DNA from: Nemertoderma westbladi
Taxonomy: Eukaryota; Animalia; Xenacoelomorpha
NCBI GenBank assembly: GCA_032718475.1
Contig: JAUCBJ010009104.1
Span: forward strand, 1 to 64,000
DNA length: 64,000 nt
Direction of reading: 5' to 3'
Program-made: the position numbers and the translations under genes
The notes under the pieces: model-generated
The model's input: only the letters and a program-made list of their open reading frames with translations
Databases searched by the model: none
Told to the model about the DNA's origin: nothing
Shown here: positions 61,405 to 64,000 of the stretch, one piece after another
How the letters are laid out: each line of letters opens with the position of its first letter
How positions within the stretch are numbered: position 1 is the first letter of the stretch

Positions 61405-61690
61405 TACTACTACTAGAATCGTCATGCTGCATTGCAGCTGCATTTTTATGAATGCTGTGCCGCTTATCGACAAAAATTGCACCGCCACAACTCCCTATCG
61501 CCCATGACATTTGCTAGATCATCCGCATCTTCAAGGCCAGTGTCCTTTAAGATGCGTCTCAAGAAAGTCATGGGCCGTCCACCATGCTTATTCACTCCAT
61601 GAGGCTGCCAAAGTACAAGATTATGCACTGGCTGGTCTTCACGGCGAAAGCAATGTCCTGCAAAGCGGAGGCGATTTTGTTCTAGTGTCA
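61405..61690 (-). mobile_element. RTE-clade LINE 3' end with (TAG)n tail
   Basis: RLRFAGHCFR..VLWQP..GGRP..DTGL..MGDRELWR then short UTR and TAG repeats; same family as 26786-26930. Confidence 0.85.
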
Positions 61691-63629
61691 AGCTTGGGGG
61701 AACCAATGAGACACCTCCAATGTTATATAGATATAGCTGGTTGGAGATGTGTGCATTGTACCTGACACAATGAACCCGGCGTAGCATTCTTGTACGATGC
61801 ACAACAAGATAAATAACAACGAATAGAGCCAAATAATAAATTTAGTTTCCTTCTATAGGTATTACCCCGTCGTTAAGCGGAATATCTCTTCCCAGTGAGT
61901 CGTATGTGAATATATATTATAGATAACCCTACTCCTGCTAAGTTTAGTGGTAGGCCAGCGGGCTCCTTAAATACATACAACTATTATAGGTCAACTATAA
62001 AACATTTTGCAATCCGCAGTGAATAACAACTGCAATAGGACACAACACACTGCTTTGTGTAACTAAAATTCATTCTCCTGATACACCCCCTAACATAGCA
62101 GAGTGAGTAACCTTATTGTAGATATACCCTTAGGAAGCACTGGGAGAGCAATCAGCTTATGGGGTAATACATTAGAAACCCACAGCTTATGTGTGAGTAA
62201 ACATTGCCTTTCCTTATAGCATACTAGTACAACTTGGCAACCAACACGTTTTACTATGACTGTGTATAATTCGGACATATTAAACCATATTTCATGGTGC
62301 ACACCAGCTGTTATTTTACCATTGCTTTTAATTTCGCAACAAAATAATGTCAAATACGAGAATATCGAATACCACACAGAATCAATCTGAAATTGTAACT
62401 GAAAATTGTAACGCGATTATGAACCACGAAAGCAATGTACTTGCAAAATTTCATCAAAATCGCCATGCAGGAAGTGCCTGAACCTGGATAATTATCAGTC
62501 AGTCAGTGTGATTATTATCAGTCTGATTATTAGTATCATTAATAATTATCAGCCTGAGATTTTTACAGTAAGTATCCCGCTGTCGAGCGGGCTCCTAACT
62601 ATATATATTATATATATAAATCAAAATAAGTGATATATTAGCGTGAAGCAAATTATTTTAATGTAGATTATTTTTTAGACCATTAAAATAATTATATTTG
62701 GAATTGGAACCACCAAATCTGTATGGTGTTCTGTTAACACAGAATGAATGATATCTTATCAAAGAAATAAAAAAATGATCGTTTCTAAGGAAATTACAGC
62801 GAAAACAATGTTTACCTTGTGATTGGTGGTATAAAGTACTTGAAAGGCTTATAATATTAAAATACTTTATATTTGTATCCACACGCTGGTATATTGTTTA
62901 CCTTATGGTAAGAAATTAAGGAGACAATGACATGGTGATATGTAGTACAATAGCATATATTATAGGTGCCTACTTAGACGTTTAGGGGTTAAAAGAGTAT
63001 GGAATAAGAATTTTATTAATAGATACTAAGAATATTATTCATAGGCCGAAAGACAGCAGATTCTAAATCTATCTGACAACAGATTTGCTTGCCTAGAAAA
63101 TGTGCGAATGCAAAGTGCATGCTTTTTAACGTTAGGCACCTTTTCCGTATAACCAATGACGTATCTAGGATTTGGGAATGGAGAGGGGTCTCTTTACATA
63201 TTGGAAAAGCCACCTCGGGGTCTTTGGGGTAGAACCTCTGGTGGGAGGGAAAGTATATCTTTTTGGAAAGTATAGCAGATGGAAGTAAGCAATGTGTACC
63301 TGTTGAATATATGAAGCTATATTTAGCCTTTCTCCTAAATATGCCATGGTACCCCATTCATAACATATAGATTTGTATTATTTATACCAAACCTCCATCC
63401 CCTTGGTAATCGCTGATAACACCTTGAATTTTTCTTGGTCAGTATTTTTGGCCAATGAGTGATTATCATCAGCCCACAATTCATCGTTTACATGGTAGGT
63501 AATCCTAGACTTTTACTTATTTGGTTGTTTGGGAAACTTTTATAGGCCTAGTTTACAAAAAATTCTGGCAATCTCTTTGCTATATTTAATTTAAGTTATC
63601 GGTGAAAGCGGACATTCTATTAAATCAAG

Positions 63630-64000
63630 TCTGCTAATTGGTTCATAGGATGATGCTTGGATGTTTGCAACCGGATGCTGATAGGGGAAAAGCCACCGCA
63701 CAATTTGCACTAAAGGTCAACTAAAGCCTCTCCCTAAGAAAGGAGACCTCGGCGTACCAACAAACTATCGTGGGATCTGTTTGCATGTGGTAGCTGCCAA
63801 AATATACCATAAAATGAGTTTATATAGAATTAGACCTCACATAGAGAAACTGATGCGTAAGAGCCAAAACGGATTACGACCAAATAGATCAACAATAGCT
63901 CAGATACTTGCGCTATGGAGACTGAATTATGGGGGAATTAAGTCAACGAATCTCCCCGTTGTCCTGACTTTTGTGGACTTCAACCATTCGACTCAATCCA
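63630..64000 (+). mobile_element. RTE-clade LINE RT fragment running off the window
   Basis: GDLGVPTNYRGICL..AAKIY..IRPHIEKLMRKSQNGLRPNRST..QILAL..VLTFVDF. Confidence 0.8.

Noticed and set aside
62575-62600. Helitron 3' end (CCCGC..GCGGG hairpin)
   Set aside because: No CTRR terminus or 5' end found.
59700-63400. Host gene exons (e.g. ORFs 62090-62377, 63016-63357)
   Set aside because: No recognisable domains or consistent splice-site chain could be supported.

Overview
AT-rich eukaryotic (invertebrate-type) DNA made almost entirely of nested transposable elements; I could not support any host gene. Two large BEL/Pao LTR retrotransposons dominate. BEL-A (3791-30590; 2115-bp 3' LTR containing a tRNA-like cassette) is decayed: its 5' LTR is hit by a TTAA-target MITE and a CRE-clade non-LTR element, an LTR-gag segment is amplified as ~4.05-kb tandem units up to a 100-N gap, and the integrase core is deleted. 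BEL-B (33099-50864, 17.8 kb; 1142-bp LTRs; AATAT TSD) is structurally complete and nested in a hAT MITE that itself sits in a LINE relic. After integrase, BEL-B carries a ~1,400-codon accessory ORF with a DEDDy (WRN/EXD/MUT-7-like) 3'-5' exonuclease-like domain and Zn knuckles, preceded by a long G-U-rich RNA stem. Neither BEL element has a TGG tRNA primer-binding site; instead the bases after each 5' LTR are complementary to a site within that element's own LTR, with covarying sequence. BEL-A also carries a dispersed 20-bp hairpin motif with a compensatory variant. The rest is a CR1/L2-group LINE, RTE fragments, a Helitron concatemer inside a hAT MITE and other MITEs. All calls are by eye; no searches were run.
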